Positions 1 to 14,116 of a DNA stretch of 64,000 nt are shown here, piece by piece. This stretch comes from Marsupella aquatica (Eukaryota > Plantae > Marchantiophyta): contig OZ316891.1 in assembly GCA_973895155.1 (NCBI GenBank), forward strand, positions 15,531,037 through 15,595,036. Direction: 5' to 3'. The translations under genes were made by a program, and so were the position numbers. Every line of letters begins with the position of its first letter. Within the stretch, counting starts at the first letter, position 1. The notes beneath the pieces were generated by a model. That model did not search any database. It had not been told where the DNA came from and saw only the letters and a program-made list of their open reading frames with translations.

Positions 1-11
1 TCCAGAGAATA

Positions 12-3000
12 CTAATCACCCGTAAATCCAGCAGAGCCACTCGGATTCTCGCGATTCAAGATCTTTTGTTCAATACCTCCACTTGGCGGCCTGTAAACGA
101 TCAGTGTCAATAAGGTGGCCTCGTAAGTGTAACCCACGTTGACACAAGCTCAAACTTCACAAACAATTCCCAAAAGTTGTGACTTGCTCGACAATGCCAT
201 TCAAATGAACCCTACACATGCAATCAAAGACGGCAGGGAAGTATACTTACAAGCCCATCAAAATTTTCATAGAGTCGACGCAGAACCACTGGGCCGTAAC
301 TAAGGGCCCAACAAGCATTATGCGCAGAGGTAAGCTTCTAGTAAACAGCCCTACCCATCCAACTGCTTTCACAGACTGCAAAGACCAGTTCGAGTTAGAC
401 GTGTAACAGACACATTGATGGACATGCCCAACTTATTGAGAAAAGTGCTGGAAAAACAATTCACAATCGCTTGATTATAAGGACATAACAGTAGAAGTAA
501 AACACGCTGGCACAACATCTCTGACAGAGTTTAAAGGGATCTGATAATCTCCGGTGCGTATAGTACCGGCAAGTCATCAACTTTAACTTGCTCAGACAAC
601 TGGGCAAAACAGCTTCTTCTAACAAGCTACACTGGACACACCTGTGAAAATGTGTGACCCTTGTTGTTGTATATATGGGTTATAACATTATCTGCTGGAT
701 TGGACACAATGCTGCCAGCTACCCCAGAAGCATATCCAGCAGCTGTAGTCACGCCTAGCTGGACAGTTTTAGAACAGTCCATTTTTTGCTTCTGCAAGAT
801 TTTAGCATATATGAAGTCCACCGAATGCTCAAACGATGAGAACATGATCATTGCAACTGCAACATGAAAGTAATTTATTAATGTTCAAAGTCTGGAGGAG
901 GCAACAAAGTAGTAAGAACATCAAAATAAATCATTGAATCATAAGAGTATACTGACTGGCCAACTCATGCACTCAATACAACCTGCTGCAAACTCCGGAA
1001 CAGGCATCAAAGTAACCAGATGATAGGCCTAATAATATTAGGAGTTTACTATGTTGCATGAGAGAGGTGTTTACATGGTAGATTCCTTCCCCACAGTGGT
1101 ACAAGTCCTTTGTAAAAGCTGCAGAGAAAATAAACAGCCGACTCTTTTAACCTTGAAATAAAGGAAGATGTTGTAACAACAAATCACAACCTTAAGGCAT
1201 ACAATCACCAGCATTTCCGTCCCTGATTCAACCACTTCTCTAGTAGGAATCCACTAGATGTCAAGTAATACAACTTTTAACAACTTAACACTACTGCAAA
1301 CTTCACTAAGCATCGCGATAGAGTAAAAGAATTATTCTAAAATGTAACCGCAGAAAAACCGGCTACTTTATCTGAAACCTGGCACTATTGAGAGTATTTT
1401 CTGTATAAATTCCAATACTCTAATCTGCCTCGACCAATCACTTCAAATAGAATACTTCCTAACTAATTTTATCAGCCATGAGCCTCTTACCCTTTCAAAC
1501 CTTCTGTCTGGTAAAGTTTAGGGAAGCCATCTGAGAGGCCCCTGGCAAAGCCTGGTTGCGTTTGGACACGCACTTTAATAGCCTCAAAAGGGCACAAAAC
1601 TATATCAGCTATAGCTTCCGCAGACGCACTGCCTGCCAGATAGATGAGAGTTTTGTAAGAGTTAGTGTTGACAGGCCCCGCTGCGTCACAATATAATTTC
1701 TTGAAGTACTCATATAAGCCAAACTTGCAGGCACCCTGTCCACCATAGCCATACAGCTTTCCTCCCCAACCTCTCCACAGCCCTGGAAATCCTTGCTCCT
1801 TCCACAAGGTTCCAAACCCAGACCAGACATTCCTGTACTTCACAGGATTGGCCTATATCAAACAAGATATCATTTTCAGCCAGATTCAACTCAGTAAACT
1901 AGCATTTGCAGGGTATCTATTTTTGGCACCAATTTCAAGCCACCCTACACCCACAACCAATATACACCTTCACTGAATGCACGAAGTAACAATGTACTAT
2001 GCTACGTGCTACTACAATCAACATTTTGCAGAATGAAACGAATTCCGATTATACAGGTGGACCACAACACAGGCCAATACAGAGCATAAAGATGATTACA
2101 AGGAATTTCTTGACACTTTGGACTTCAAAACCGTAGAAAAGGACTCTCGACCACTTCACTCTCTTCCGTTGTTCCCACGATTAGTTTATACTCATCAAGG
2201 CTGTCCTTACACTCCTCCAAAGAAACAGAAACATCTTCCGTGCTACCGTAATAAATTGCCTGTCGAAATTACAGGATTAATCGAACTACTAGTCATTTTC
2301 AACCTTCACATTATGAACACTTGATGTGATTTGTAGAGGTGGAGCAGTGGACAATGTACTGCAATGTATAATCCCTCTGCAAGCCTTGCTGCGCCTAAGA
2401 TCTTCAAGCTAAAACCCTGGCAAGTTCCTTTAATTGGAAAATGAACTTGTGTACTCCGCTTCTATTTATTATTCATCACGTCAGAAACAAATTCTGTCGG
2501 AGTTCTTGAAAGCTCGTCCAGTCATGTCACTTGACTCTTTCCAAATGCTTGCCCTTACTGAATTAACACTGTTGATTGCAATTTACGATGTGGCGTGAGA
2601 ATTCCAACTCAATTTCCAATCATGGAAAATCGAGTGGAGCAATGTTTTGTCAGCATTCGACGAGGTCGCCAGTCTTAACCCCAAGACTTTCCTCTCCTCA
2701 GCACTACGATAAAAACCTCAAACTCATATTATAAAGGAAGACGGAGATAAGGGACCAGAGCTAGGCACGTATATTCAGTGCCTTCACAGCCCAGCTCTCA
2801 GGCAAGTGACGCAGCCTTGAAGAGGGCCCTAAAACTGCTTCTGAAGGGTCGAGTCCTCCAATGGAACAACGGACGCATCGCAATAGCTTGAAATCGGCGG
2901 AGCAAGAGAATTCCAACTACGCCCAACGAGAGCATTGTGAGCTAGCGGAGAAGGACTACAGACAAGACATGCGCAATCCGTGAAAGAAGCTCTCCTTGCT

Positions 3001-3563
3001 GTGGAAAGTCTGCGACAGAGCTCAACCTCAATGCCTGCAGAATCTTTACGAAAAATCTCTCCTCCAATCGGTCACTACCGTACGACATGGCAACTAGACG
3101 GACGTGTGGAGGTGGAGACAGACATTTGTGTGGAGGTCTATGAGTCCTGACGCGTGGAATGTATAAACGTTTCCGGAAATCGTCGGAATGCGCAAACTCT
3201 GTAACTGTAGTCTTCCGCATCCTTGGTGGGATGTATGGCAAGTGCCAAAGCGTTCGAACATGTGACCATGCACACCAATCTTCACCGGTTGTCACTACCA
3301 TACGCCATTAATTAAGAAACAATACCGTGCATCATCCAGAAGAAAAGTGGTGAAGGACGCATGCCAGAAGTAGGAAAGATTCTGCACACCTGCATATTAA
3401 CTTTGAGCACATCGAAGGGGGTGATCAAAAGATGAGCAGTTCCCGCAGACACCAGGCCTCCGGTTGCGCAGGCGGCATAATATTTCGCCGAGAACATCTC
3501 CAGCTGTTGCCCTCTAAATTTGGAAGTCCAGGCCCCCCTGGGCTCCGTTTCATGATGCGCCAT
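12..3563 (-). CDS. MPT1: Mitochondrial phosphate carrier (mitochondrial carrier family, MPT1/PHT3;3-like), 6 exons
   Basis: Exons joined at GT-AG: 3563-3390, 1852-1491, 1118-1075, 856-642, ~375-252, 90-12. Carrier signatures TPFDVLKVNMQ, CPFEAIKVRVQ and NPAD are present. FYKGLVPLWGRNLP, FSSFEHSVDFIY and the LPPSGG C-terminus resemble plant PHT3;3. Confidence 0.93.
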
Positions 3564-5250
3564 TCGGCCTTCCAGAATCGCACCCAACGCAGAATGATCA
3601 TCACCTCTGGGTCTCAACCAGACGGGCCTCCTACAATCCTCAGAAAATTAGAAAGCAACAAAGAGGCGCCTGTCCGTCGCGATCAAGGACGCACAAAGTT
3701 CGGGAATCATCTGAGCGATGGAAGGGCGCCGAATCCAAGCAGAAGGCTCGGCCGATGCTTGAAACTCGAACGCATGGAGTAACAAGTAACAAGAACCAGC
3801 CCCTCTCGTCTAAAACAATCGTCGTCGCTTCGCTTCCGTGCTGTGGCGTGCGACACAATGAAATTCGATTGGTGGCAGAAACAAGAGCAGAAATTATTAT
3901 TAGCGCGCCCATCGAGAGGAGACTGCCTTTGTGCCGGCGTCGTGGACGAAAATTAATCACAGCGAGTGCTGATGCAGGCACGAAGCCACGGAGGCACGGA
4001 GGCACGGACAGCAACGGAGAGCCAAGAAATACGAACATGCTTTCCTTCCGTGCTACGGTACCACACGAGAACGGAATACATTACTGTCGATATCTTTTGT
4101 AATCTCTTGTTCCTCCACGTTTTTCTAAACTTGGGTGGAATCTTAGAAGTACAGTGAACTCTGGATAAACAAACCCTCTTGGGAAGACACATCTGGCGTG
4201 CACTAATGATAAGCACACATCTTGCTAAATTTCTTGGCTCTATTTCTAAGTGTGCTTAATTTGGGATCATTTGTTAAATGTGTAATTATCCAGGGTTTTG
4301 AATCCACGCAACCAACCAGAGCTAAACTCGCAATCCATGACAGTCGGTACCTTCTCCAAGAGTCGAGCTTGCAATCCCTTAGCTATCTCAACAATCAAAT
4401 CCTCAGAAATTGTCACTCGAGCTCCCTGGGCAGTGAGGAACCGGAACCAACTATACAAGCTTTCTTCCAGATCTGGGCAAAGTGCACTACAATTTAGTTT
4501 GACTTCATTTGCAGTCACATTGGAAAGCAATGAGAAAGATTTCTTCAAGTTCTACCAACAGTAGTTTGATTTACCTTAGTGCCAAATTTTTCTGAAGCCC
4601 ATTCAACTAGCTAGAGCTTTGTTTGTGAGCTCTGGATGCTTTTGCTTGTGGCGACACATTTCTCTCTTCTGCTTGTGAGTTAGTGTTGTCACCTTCCTTT
4701 CCTCCATGTTGATTCCACTTGACTACCCCAATGATTCACGAGCTACAGTACCACAAGTTATAGTGCGCAGCAATGTTCACATGTGCTATGGACCCCGTAG
4801 TCAGCCTCATACCTTGATCCCTGCCCTAATTCTTTGCCTTTATCGGTAAATAACATTTCTGGAGTTTATGCATGTACATAGAAGCGCATTCAATCACTTA
4901 TCCAGGGTAAGGGCTTAGAAAGTTGTCTTTTAGCGAAATGATTTGAGCCCTATGTGCGCTTAGAAAAAATGCTTAAAAACCGCTTATCCCGTGTAAAAAA
5001 AAAGGAAGAACAAGATGGCATGCAGTAATCCAGGGTAAGCGTTTATGGAGTGTGCATTATCCAAAGTTCACTGTAATCGGCAATTGAAACCTACTTGACG
5101 GCGTAGGGCTAGAGTGAAGCCTAGAGACCCTACCTTTGGGGCCGTCACTCAACTTTGGGGGTTCATAAAGTGGGGGCGCAAAGAATGGGGACAAAATCCT
5201 TCCTCCACATGCAAGGGTTGTGGGGGGTGAGTGTTTGTGTGGGTCGGGTG

Positions 5251-6111
5251 AGTCTAGGGTTACAACTATAACCATACTTCCCGTAGTTAGTGTTACTACA
5301 GAAATAGTGTGACACTTTAAATAGTGTGAGTAACACTAATATGTGAGTAGAGAAGTATTGGAGCTCAAATAACAATAATTATGGAACATACTAACATAGC
5401 ACAAGAATCAATCATTCCTATGAAAACACAATGTAGAATGTTTTATGAATGATTGTTTGATATATATCTCATGGTTTAGTTGGGCTCTCTCATTTTAATG
5501 TATGTTTTGTCCATGCTATTGTCCAGAAATTCAACCAATTCCATTCCATTTTCAACTCACATTTTTCACAACCAAATAGTGTGACTACTATTACAAACAA
5601 GATTCATGGTTTCATGCAACATTTTTAGTATCAATAGCCACTCCATAAATAATGTGAGTTGATTTCCATAATTAGTGTTACTGGTAACACTAATTGAATC
5701 ACTCACAATTATTGTTAATACAAATTTAGTGTTAGTAAGACTATCTCAAGAGGGATTCAAATTTTTCTGAGCCACATAATTAGTGTTAGTAACACTAACT
5801 ACGGTAAACAGTGTAGTTAGGGGTAATCATAGTCGCAGACTAGGTTAGCTTAACTAGGTTGCACACTATATCCCAAACGGTGTTCGTTGGATACTACGAA
5901 AGGCTCATTAATCTGCAACCAGTTGAGAGATAGGGAGATCTCGTATTGTGTAGACTTGGTATGGCGGACAGGCCTAGAGTGCAGTAAAGTTCTCATGTGT
6001 TCCCATGAACGTCGTCTCAGTTGAGGTGAACCACGTATCTCTCTATGTTGACTACTTGTGCGTTGGATGGTTTATGGGCTTGTTGTTGTGATTGTCATCT
6101 TTTGCTCAACA
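5251..6111 (+). mobile_element. Diverged Copia LTR relic, interrupted by a TIR element
   Basis: 5900-6111 aligns with the 3' part of the Copia LTR at 31134 (aggctcatt...gaggtgaaccacgtatctctct...gctcaaca). 5251-5271 plus 5814-5900 aligns with the 5' part of the LTRs at 11240 and 20429. Confidence 0.8.
5272..5813. mobile_element. Non-autonomous CACTA/EnSpm-like TIR element
   Basis: Inverted ends ccgtagttagtgttact / agtaacactaactacgg. The right terminus reads CACTG on the minus strand. Flanks TAA/TAG are a possible 3-bp TSD. The motif tagtgtta/taacacta is repeated subterminally in both orientations. Confidence 0.6.
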
Positions 6112-8790
6112 GGGTATAGTGGTGTGAGTATTGAGACTACCCTACAAAGGTGCATGCTCTGAAGTTGGTTGTTTGTCATTGGTCAGCGGGTCAGCTTTCA
6201 GTTTTCAAGGAAAAAATGAATGGGGACAAATCATCAATGAGTGCCAATAATTAGAATATTGTCTTGCAAGGTTTTGGTATTCACCTATAGTTACATTCAA
6301 AGGAACAGGTAGTCATTCCAGTAGTTAACAACAGCCATTTTTTTCTTGTTCTTAAATATTTGCCAAGGTGAGTACTACTTTAGGCAAAACTTTGGTTATG
6401 GAGTACTTTTATCAATTATACAGTCCTATATGGGTGTATAGTACTTCACTTTGTAGCTATTGCTCCCCCTAGGGCATTGGGTGGTGCTGAATGGAAAATT
6501 TTAACTTTAGTTTGAGAATTATTCACATGCCTGTGTTTAAAGGAAGGGATTGGCAAGTTTTTACCCACAGAAAAAAGGGCTAGTTTAGGGCATGTTGTCA
6601 AGATATCCTGATGGAATGGCAAGCTTGGATGGACTGGAACCAAACACACAAATTTGCTCAAATAGTGTTCTTTACAGTTCTGATCACCTACTGAGATGGA
6701 CTGGAGCCAAGCACACGAGTTTGCTTGGATACTCTTGTGTATAATTCAGTCCAACAAGAAGATGAACCAAAAACAAACATCCAAATTTGCTTGGATATTT
6801 TTATTTGCAATCATATTGAACCAATAATGTGAAAGTTGCGGATCACCGGTGACTGCAAGTTTTGATTATTAGGTCTTTAAAAGAGTGAGAGCTTTCACTC
6901 TTCATTCACATTCTCTCAAGTAGTATGTTGAACTGTCAAAAACAAAACAAACTCAATTTTCATGAATGCGGTGCAGTTTTTCTACATAGATTCTATGTGG
7001 TGACCAGGATTCTACGTGGTGACCAGTTTTTGTACACATTGCCTCAAGATTCTAGGGCATTGGTCTTGAGATGTGGTGATCTAAAGGAACTCTTTTGAGT
7101 AATATTGTTTTTCAGAGAGCAGAGCAATTTGAGTAATTTTGCTTCTACACTGCAATGTTGAGAAGAAGGGAAAGATGATCAGCACCTACTTGCACTTTAG
7201 CAGGCATGTTGTGGGAGTTTACCCTCCATTCCTAACTCTAACATTGATTTGCAATTGCTTTCTCTCACCATCAGGTGTAAAGAGGTGAGTCTCCGTATCA
7301 TAATTCATAGGATTGCCAGGGACAACATCCCGGTCTGTACTGGCTTTGAGTTCACCACACCTTTTGTGCATTGCATAAACTGTTTTTTTGTATGTGTGCA
7401 TTGTATCAAGTAATTTTTTATTTATTGCCCAAAGCAGGTGGTTAACCAATGCACAGACAGATGAATAGTGACTGGTCAACCTGGGCCCGCCCTAGGCAAA
7501 TCAACTGGGCCCTGGGGTAGGGAAATAAACAGTGACTATCTAACTTATGCTGAGACTTATGCATGGGCCTGGGCAAAGGAACAATGCATGACCACTTCTC
7601 CTAAGCATGGGCCAGGCATAGGAAAATGAACATTTACCAATTAGCTTTAAAGGCCAAATGATCCCTACCAGTTAACCTAGGCAAATGAATAGTGACCTGT
7701 CTGTGAGCCTGTCCAGGGCCTGCAAATGAACAGTGACCCATTAACCTACGCATTGTTACAGACAAATAAATAGGGTAGGGGCAGGGCACATTTTATAGTG
7801 GCAGTTGTGAAAAAATAGTACTACATAAGTGGATCAATCCATCCATATCATTAGAGACTCTCCAAGATTACTAGGTGAGAAAAGACGTCTAGAAGAGGAA
7901 AAGAAGTCAAGGTGAAAAGAAGATGTCGAAGAGAGAAACGATGGCAAAGTGAGAAAAAAATATAAAAATGAGAAAAAGATATCAAGGAGAGAAAAGGTGT
8001 CGAGGTTGAAGAAAAGATGTTGTGGTGACATAAAGGTGTCAAGGTAAGACAACGATGACAAGATTACAAAAGTTTTTTTTGTTTTTCTTTTGGTTTTTTG
8101 GTTTTAATAAAAGCAACAAAGCGCAAGATGTATTTCGAAGAGCCCCGCGGCGAAAACCAGTGAGGAAGAGAAAAACAAGCCCAAGGGAACCCAACAAACA
8201 CCAGCACCCCAAGGCAGAGCCACCACATGACGCAGCGAGGCAGCACCGCAAACAGGCCACAACACAAACAGGCCTCAGGGCAAAAATAGCCGGCTTGGAC
8301 GCAAATGGGTCAGAATCAACCAGCATGGCTCCGGCAGACAGTGAGACCAAACACAAAACTAGAAGGCTATATACAAAGTCCTACAATGCCAGATCTTGTG
8401 GTGCCAATCACTCACAAAACAAAATAACTCAGAAAACTCTAAAGCCATAGTGTCGAGAGCAGCATAGAGCCAAGAAGTCAAAATCTCATACCCCCTACTA
8501 TAGATACTCCAATAGTGCATCGCATACCAGAGTCCAAGTGTGCCATGCGATCTATGCTTCTAAGGGCAGAAATTATGATGAGTACCTAAAGTAATACAAT
8601 TCTCATTCATTGGGACTTATAGTAGGAGGTGTGTGACTTCTACTCGTAGAACAATTGATGATGACAACTAGTTCCGTAAGAGTTCTTCTATGCAGTCTGC
8701 GTGCCTTGGTGACATTTTTGGTGCGTTGCAGCGTAGCATGATTCACATTCACAATTTGCCCATGAAGAATGAGTTGAAGTGGGAACCGGG

Positions 8791-9086
8791 CTCGGGGGTT
8801 TCACTTCCACAAAAATGGCATATCACGTGCGACGAAGGATAGGGTCATTTTATTGGTTCTAAAGAAAGACTTAAGAATTTTTGTAGAAGAACAATAGGGT
8901 CTTTTAAATTAAATTTTGAGACTTATAAGAACATTAGGGTCTTTTTAATCCAATTTTTAGAATATTCCAAGAATATTCCAACTTTATAGGGGTTAAAAAA
9001 TTAAAAAATTTCTTATATTTTAGGGGGTCCAAGGCCTAAAAACATCGCAGGCGATGGGGAGGTCCCCATATAGTGAGACCCCTGAG
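8791..9086. mobile_element. ~296-bp MITE with 15-bp TIR and 8-bp TSD inserted in the LINE
   Basis: TIR ctcgggggtttcact / agtgagacccctgag. Flanks gaaccggg (8783-8790) and gaatcggg (9087-9094). AT-rich interior. Confidence 0.7.
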
Positions 9087-11239
9087 GAATCGGGTGGCAT
9101 TAGTTTGATAGGTGCATTGACATCGTTCAATCCAAATGTTGTGTATCATCAGGTGGATAGTGAGCAAGAATCCTAGATTTCTCTTTTGTGATTGGATGGT
9201 AGTGTCAACCTTGCCAAAAAAAAGTAACAGTCTAGCCCTACAACCTTATGCAACCTAGTTCCCTCAGCATAGAGCTCAAGTTGATTCCATTTGTCACGTG
9301 ATCGGGGGTAATCAAAGAACATGTATTCGATGGTCTCAACATGTTCCTGGCAAGCAATGCACTTCCCATCTCCAACATCCCACTTGAGAGCGCGTAAATT
9401 GGAAAAGAAACCAACATTGAGTACCTTCCAAAAGTCTGATTTGACACTAGGAGAAGACCAGCCAAACCAAAGGTGTACCCATCATCGTCTCCATATCTCA
9501 GGAGTGTCCAATGAGAACCACCTTCCATATATTGAGTGTCTGCGAAGGAGTGGTGTGTTAATGCAGCATCAAGGCCCGAGTTTGAGTCTGGAGGTTCCAT
9601 CTTGTTTATTCTCCTTTGGTCCATCTCCATATCCACCCTTTGATGTTGAGCAGATTCTTTGTGGTGGGCCCCACGGATGTGTGCAAGAGCTCCATGACCT
9701 ATGTTAGCATCCTCACAGTACTGCTTTTGGTCGTTCTAGTTGCTCCTTGGATTTTTTTTGTAGTCTTCCATGCACAATCATGAGTAACCAAATCGACAAC
9801 AAAAAGAATTTTTTGTAGCCATGAAGCTTTTAAGTGCATTTTTCTCTCTATCAATATTGTCATTTAGCTTGTTACTGATTAGGAGAAAAAGCTGCTCAAA
9901 AGAGAGGTGGGTGGGTATGTCCCCAGTGGTGACATCAAAATGAAGGTGTTTATGTGTGGATTCTCATCCTCTAAGCAAGCTATTAAGAGCTGGAGCAGAG
10001 GCAATTTTGATGCTTGGGTAGAGAATCAAGGAGAACTTCACTGTGATCCCAATATTTTCTCTCTTTCTTAATAATTATGAGGTCCCTTTTTGGCTGTCAT
10101 TCTGACCATAGATCTGGCCATGTGCACCCAAGCAATGTTGAATCCACATTGCAGTCTGGTGATGGTGCCCATTTTGCAGGCCTGAGTTTGGAGAGCAAAA
10201 GGCCTGATGGCCAATCCTCCTTCCTCAAATGGTCAGGTGATTGTGTCCCAGGCAACTAGTGCAATTTTGTCAATTCCAGTGGCACTCTTGCCCCACAAGA
10301 AGATTCGACAATGATCTTTTCCAGCTGCTTATAGCCATTCTTCTGGAGGTTGAGGAGCATCAAATGCCCGATCAAATGGTAGATTAGAATAGCCCTAAGC
10401 AAATGCTTGAGGAGGACCAGTCTCCCAACTTGGGTGAGGGTTCTATTGGTTCCAATGCCTGAGTCTTTTCCTGACTTTGCCTAGTAAGAATTCAGTTTCC
10501 TGAGTAAGCCTGATTCTATTGCCAATAGGACAACCCTGGTAAGTAACAACTTCACCAGTGGCTACAATTTGACATCATGTTCTCTCAATCCAGTCAGGTT
10601 GCTCAGAGTTGTCAAGCTAGATAATGATAGATTTTTCAATATTGAGAAGGGCTCCTGACACTCTCTCATACAAGTTCACAACTCTACAGACAGTAGTGAA
10701 TTTGTCTTTTGTGGCTTTTGGAAAAAGCCCAATGTCGTCTGCAAAGAGTTGGTGGAGCACCTTCTTCTCACTATCAGTATTGATACCTTGCAGCTTGCCA
10801 TAATTCAATTTTGCCTCAAGCAGGCACATCAGCGGTTAAGTGACAAGTACAAACAATAGCGACGTTGCAAGACATCCTTGTCTTACTCCATGTCCTCAGA
10901 GAATGTCCTTGGTGAATCCCCCATTCACGTGCACTTTAGAAATAGCATTGACAATGACCAGACCCTTAACCAGAGATACGAATTTGGGATCAAAATTGAT
11001 GCGTCTCAAGGTTTCCCACAAAAAAGTGTGGTCAACCCGATTGTATGCCTTGGCGAAGTCTACTTTCATAAACACTGCAAGTTTCTTGGAAATATTGACA
11101 AATTCTTGACCCATTTTGAATGCCACACATTGTCCATTATGCTTCTGCCAACAATGAATCCAATTTATTTGGAGGAAAGCAGCATAGGGACCACTAGCTT
11201 CATGTGGTTGGAGAGAATCTTTGTTGCAATCTTGTGTGT

Positions 11240-11581
11240 TGTTGAGCATAGACGACAATCGCAATGGTAAGCACATGACACATCCAACGCGCAAGTAGTC
11301 GACGGACATGAGAGATATGTGGTTCATCTCCTTGAGGCTAAGTCCATGTGAACACACAAGAGAGTTTTATTGAACTCTAAACCCGTCGGCTAAGTCTTCA
11401 CAGTGTAAGCTCTCTTCATCTCTCAAGTGGCTCCATAACAATGAGCCTAAGTTCCACTTATCCAAGCAAACATCGCTTGGCATATAGTGTGCATCCTAGT
11501 TAACCTAACCACATCTCTGACTATGGTTAGCCTAATTATGGTTACATATCGTAACCCTAGACATTGAGTAAATATCTAACA
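11240..11581 (-). mobile_element. Copia solo LTR inserted in the LINE RT
   Basis: TG...CA ends (minus strand tgttaga...gctcaaca), 342 bp, perfect 5-bp TSD TGTGT (11235-11239 and 11582-11586). Homologous to the LTR at 31134. Confidence 0.9.
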
Positions 11582-12819
11582 TGTGTGATTGTGAGCATGG
11601 TGAGCGGTCTCCAATTCTTTAATAATTGGATATCTCCTACCTTCGGAATGAGCTTGTTGACTCCAATTAATGGAAGTTTTTGAAGTTAGCAATCCATCCA
11701 GCCAAAAGGTTTGAATCATTGCACAACAATCATCTTTCATCCAATCCCAACATAGCTGCAAGATCTCTGTAGTTACACCATCCAGCCCAGGAGATTTCTC
11801 GTGTTGCACCACTGTAGTGATCGCATCTTCACTAGGTTGTCTTATAAGTTCCCAGTCTGTGTTCTGGTCACTTTATTTTGTATAAGAGTTAACACTTCCT
11901 CCCTCACTACAGAATGATTGTTGAAGTTAATTCTCATCAGCAGCAAATAAGGATGAGTAGTATAATCTGGTTTCATCATTCAAGAATCTGTTGCTCATTG
12001 TCAATCACTTTTCCATCAATAGTGGTCAGGAGTTTGATAGTTTCTCTATTCTGCTTTCATCTGCAAGAAGAAATATCTAGAATGGGGCATCCCCAAGAGA
12101 CAGCCACTAGACATGACTTCATCTATGCCATACTTTGGCTTCTCGGAGCTCATTCTCCTTAGTTACCTTAGTTTCAAGTCTCACAGGGGTGGGGTTAAGA
12201 GCAACTTCCAGCCTCAGAATTTCAAGTCGAGTCACGGTATCTGGTTGTTGGTTTCGTATCTCATTGAGACGTCTTCTCTCACCAGCAAGCACCCTTTTCA
12301 TTATGCTTGTTGCAAGATCCTAGTGGATCCTTGTGTCCCTATTGGGGTGAGTGTTAGTGCCCCTTGCTTGTTCCATGATAGTAGGATCATGGAGCATTTT
12401 CGCTTCCATCTTAAAATAGCTAGATTTTCTCATTCCAATGGTGATGTTGATGTCTTGAAGACCACCCAGTTACCTTGAGTGAGTTTGTGGCTCAGCCACT
12501 CCCATAACTGGTTCCACTTTCATGAGAAAAAGATAAGATGTCGAGGTGAAGAAAGATGTCAAGCTAGGTGAGAAACGATCTTGAGGAGAAAAAACTATGT
12601 TGAGGATACAAAAAATATTGAGGGTGAAAAAATGTGGTCGTGAGATAAAGATATCAATGTGACCAAAAAAATGGAGAGACATGGTAAAAATGTTTAGAAT
12701 AGACAAATATGTAAATATTAAAAATACATATTAATGCAAGAAAAGATGTCAAAGTCAAACAAAAACATATAAACTTGCAATATAGTTATGGAAACATACA
12801 TAAGCTTCCATAGCTATAT

Positions 12820-14116
12820 TTACGGACCCCCATGAGAAGTCTCTTGCAAATTCTCTGCCACGAGGTTGCGCCACATCATCATAACCAGCCACAAACAGGA
12901 ATGATCCTACTTTTAACAATGACAAACATGCACATTCCTGTTTGTGGCAAAAGTAATGTAATTTTTGGGACACCATGCCGTAAATATTAAATGTAAAAAA
13001 AACCAAAATACAAAGGAAGAGATGTCATTTAGTAAAATAAAGTTACCATTATGATGTTTGTCAAAGATGTATAAGTGTTTTATATCAAAATGCTTGTATG
13101 TTTTAATTGTGTGCAAATTTGAAAAAACCAATTGATAGAAATGTACATAGTTAAAACCCCTTTGGCTTCACATTGTAAAACTAAATAATCAATCTCCTTA
13201 GTACTTGATAAAATCTGTCAATGTTTGATTCATTGGAACACTCAAGATCAAGATTTAGAAACATAGACCTCTCATTGGAAAGCTAGAGTAAAATTAAAAA
13301 CTCATCATCTCCTTAGTACTTGACAAAATCTGACAATGTCGAACTCAATGTTGGAAAGCGAAAAGAATTCATGAACTCATGATCAAAATTTCTTATACTC
13401 ACACTCATTGGAAAGGCAAAGAAATTCAAAAACTCATTTAGAACTTTACAAAATTTGTCAATCTGAGGCTCATTGGAAACCCTTTCTCGACTAAGAGATA
13501 TCACAATCTCGTCATTGTCAAAAACTTAGCCGTTGCAAATTGATTTCTTTGATTACATCGTCATCGCTTGTCCACAATGCTTGCTTCCTGACTTGAATTG
13601 TTTGCATCCCTCTAGTCTTCAACTGAAGCTCACTGTGAAGACAGGTTGACGCCAAATGCAACCTCTATGTCAAAGAAACAATTGTTGGTCTCCCCCTCAC
13701 ACCATAGTTTTCTTAAATAAAAAAACTACAAATCCTTCGTGTGAAGTGGTGGCTCGTTCATTTTATGTGTTCTTCCCACCGAATCGACAAGCGCTCTTTT
13801 GCCAACAGCTGAGTGTTGTCCTCCAGTCTGTCTTGTGATGGTAATGCTTAATGTAACTCACAAATTACCAATCAAGAATGGTAAAAACACAATTTCTTCA
13901 ATAATGTGTAAACAAAAACCGTCAAAAAACTCAATTTCTCCACATTCAACCTTTTGTTTGATAAATCTTCTTTATCTTTTGAGCGTTTTCTTTTATACAA
14001 GTACACACCAACACCATTGGGAGACTCAAAACTGTCAGTCATTGTCTTGCTGAAAATTGATTTCACTTCATCAGGCACACATTTCTTAGATGAACATGGG
14101 GGTCCACGGATTAATT
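12820..14116 (+). mobile_element. Non-autonomous subTIR/TT element, family A copy 1 (Replitron/Helentron-like)
   Basis: TT-AC-GGACCCCCATG ... CATGGGGGTCC-ACGGATTAA-TT. Colinear with 41463-42931. Internal cattggaaag repeats and no coding capacity. Confidence 0.8.

Larger units (their letters stand above)
8070..12520 (-). mobile_element. 5'-truncated, decayed L1-type LINE (RT remnants)
   Basis: Minus-strand fragments KSPGLDGVTTEILQLCW, KVDFAKAYNRVDHTFLW, GVRQGC and LHQLFADD, broken by stops and frameshifts. The T-rich tract at ~8073-8105 fits a poly(A) tail. Similar gaaaagatgtc-type degenerate repeats lie on both sides. Confidence 0.85.
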
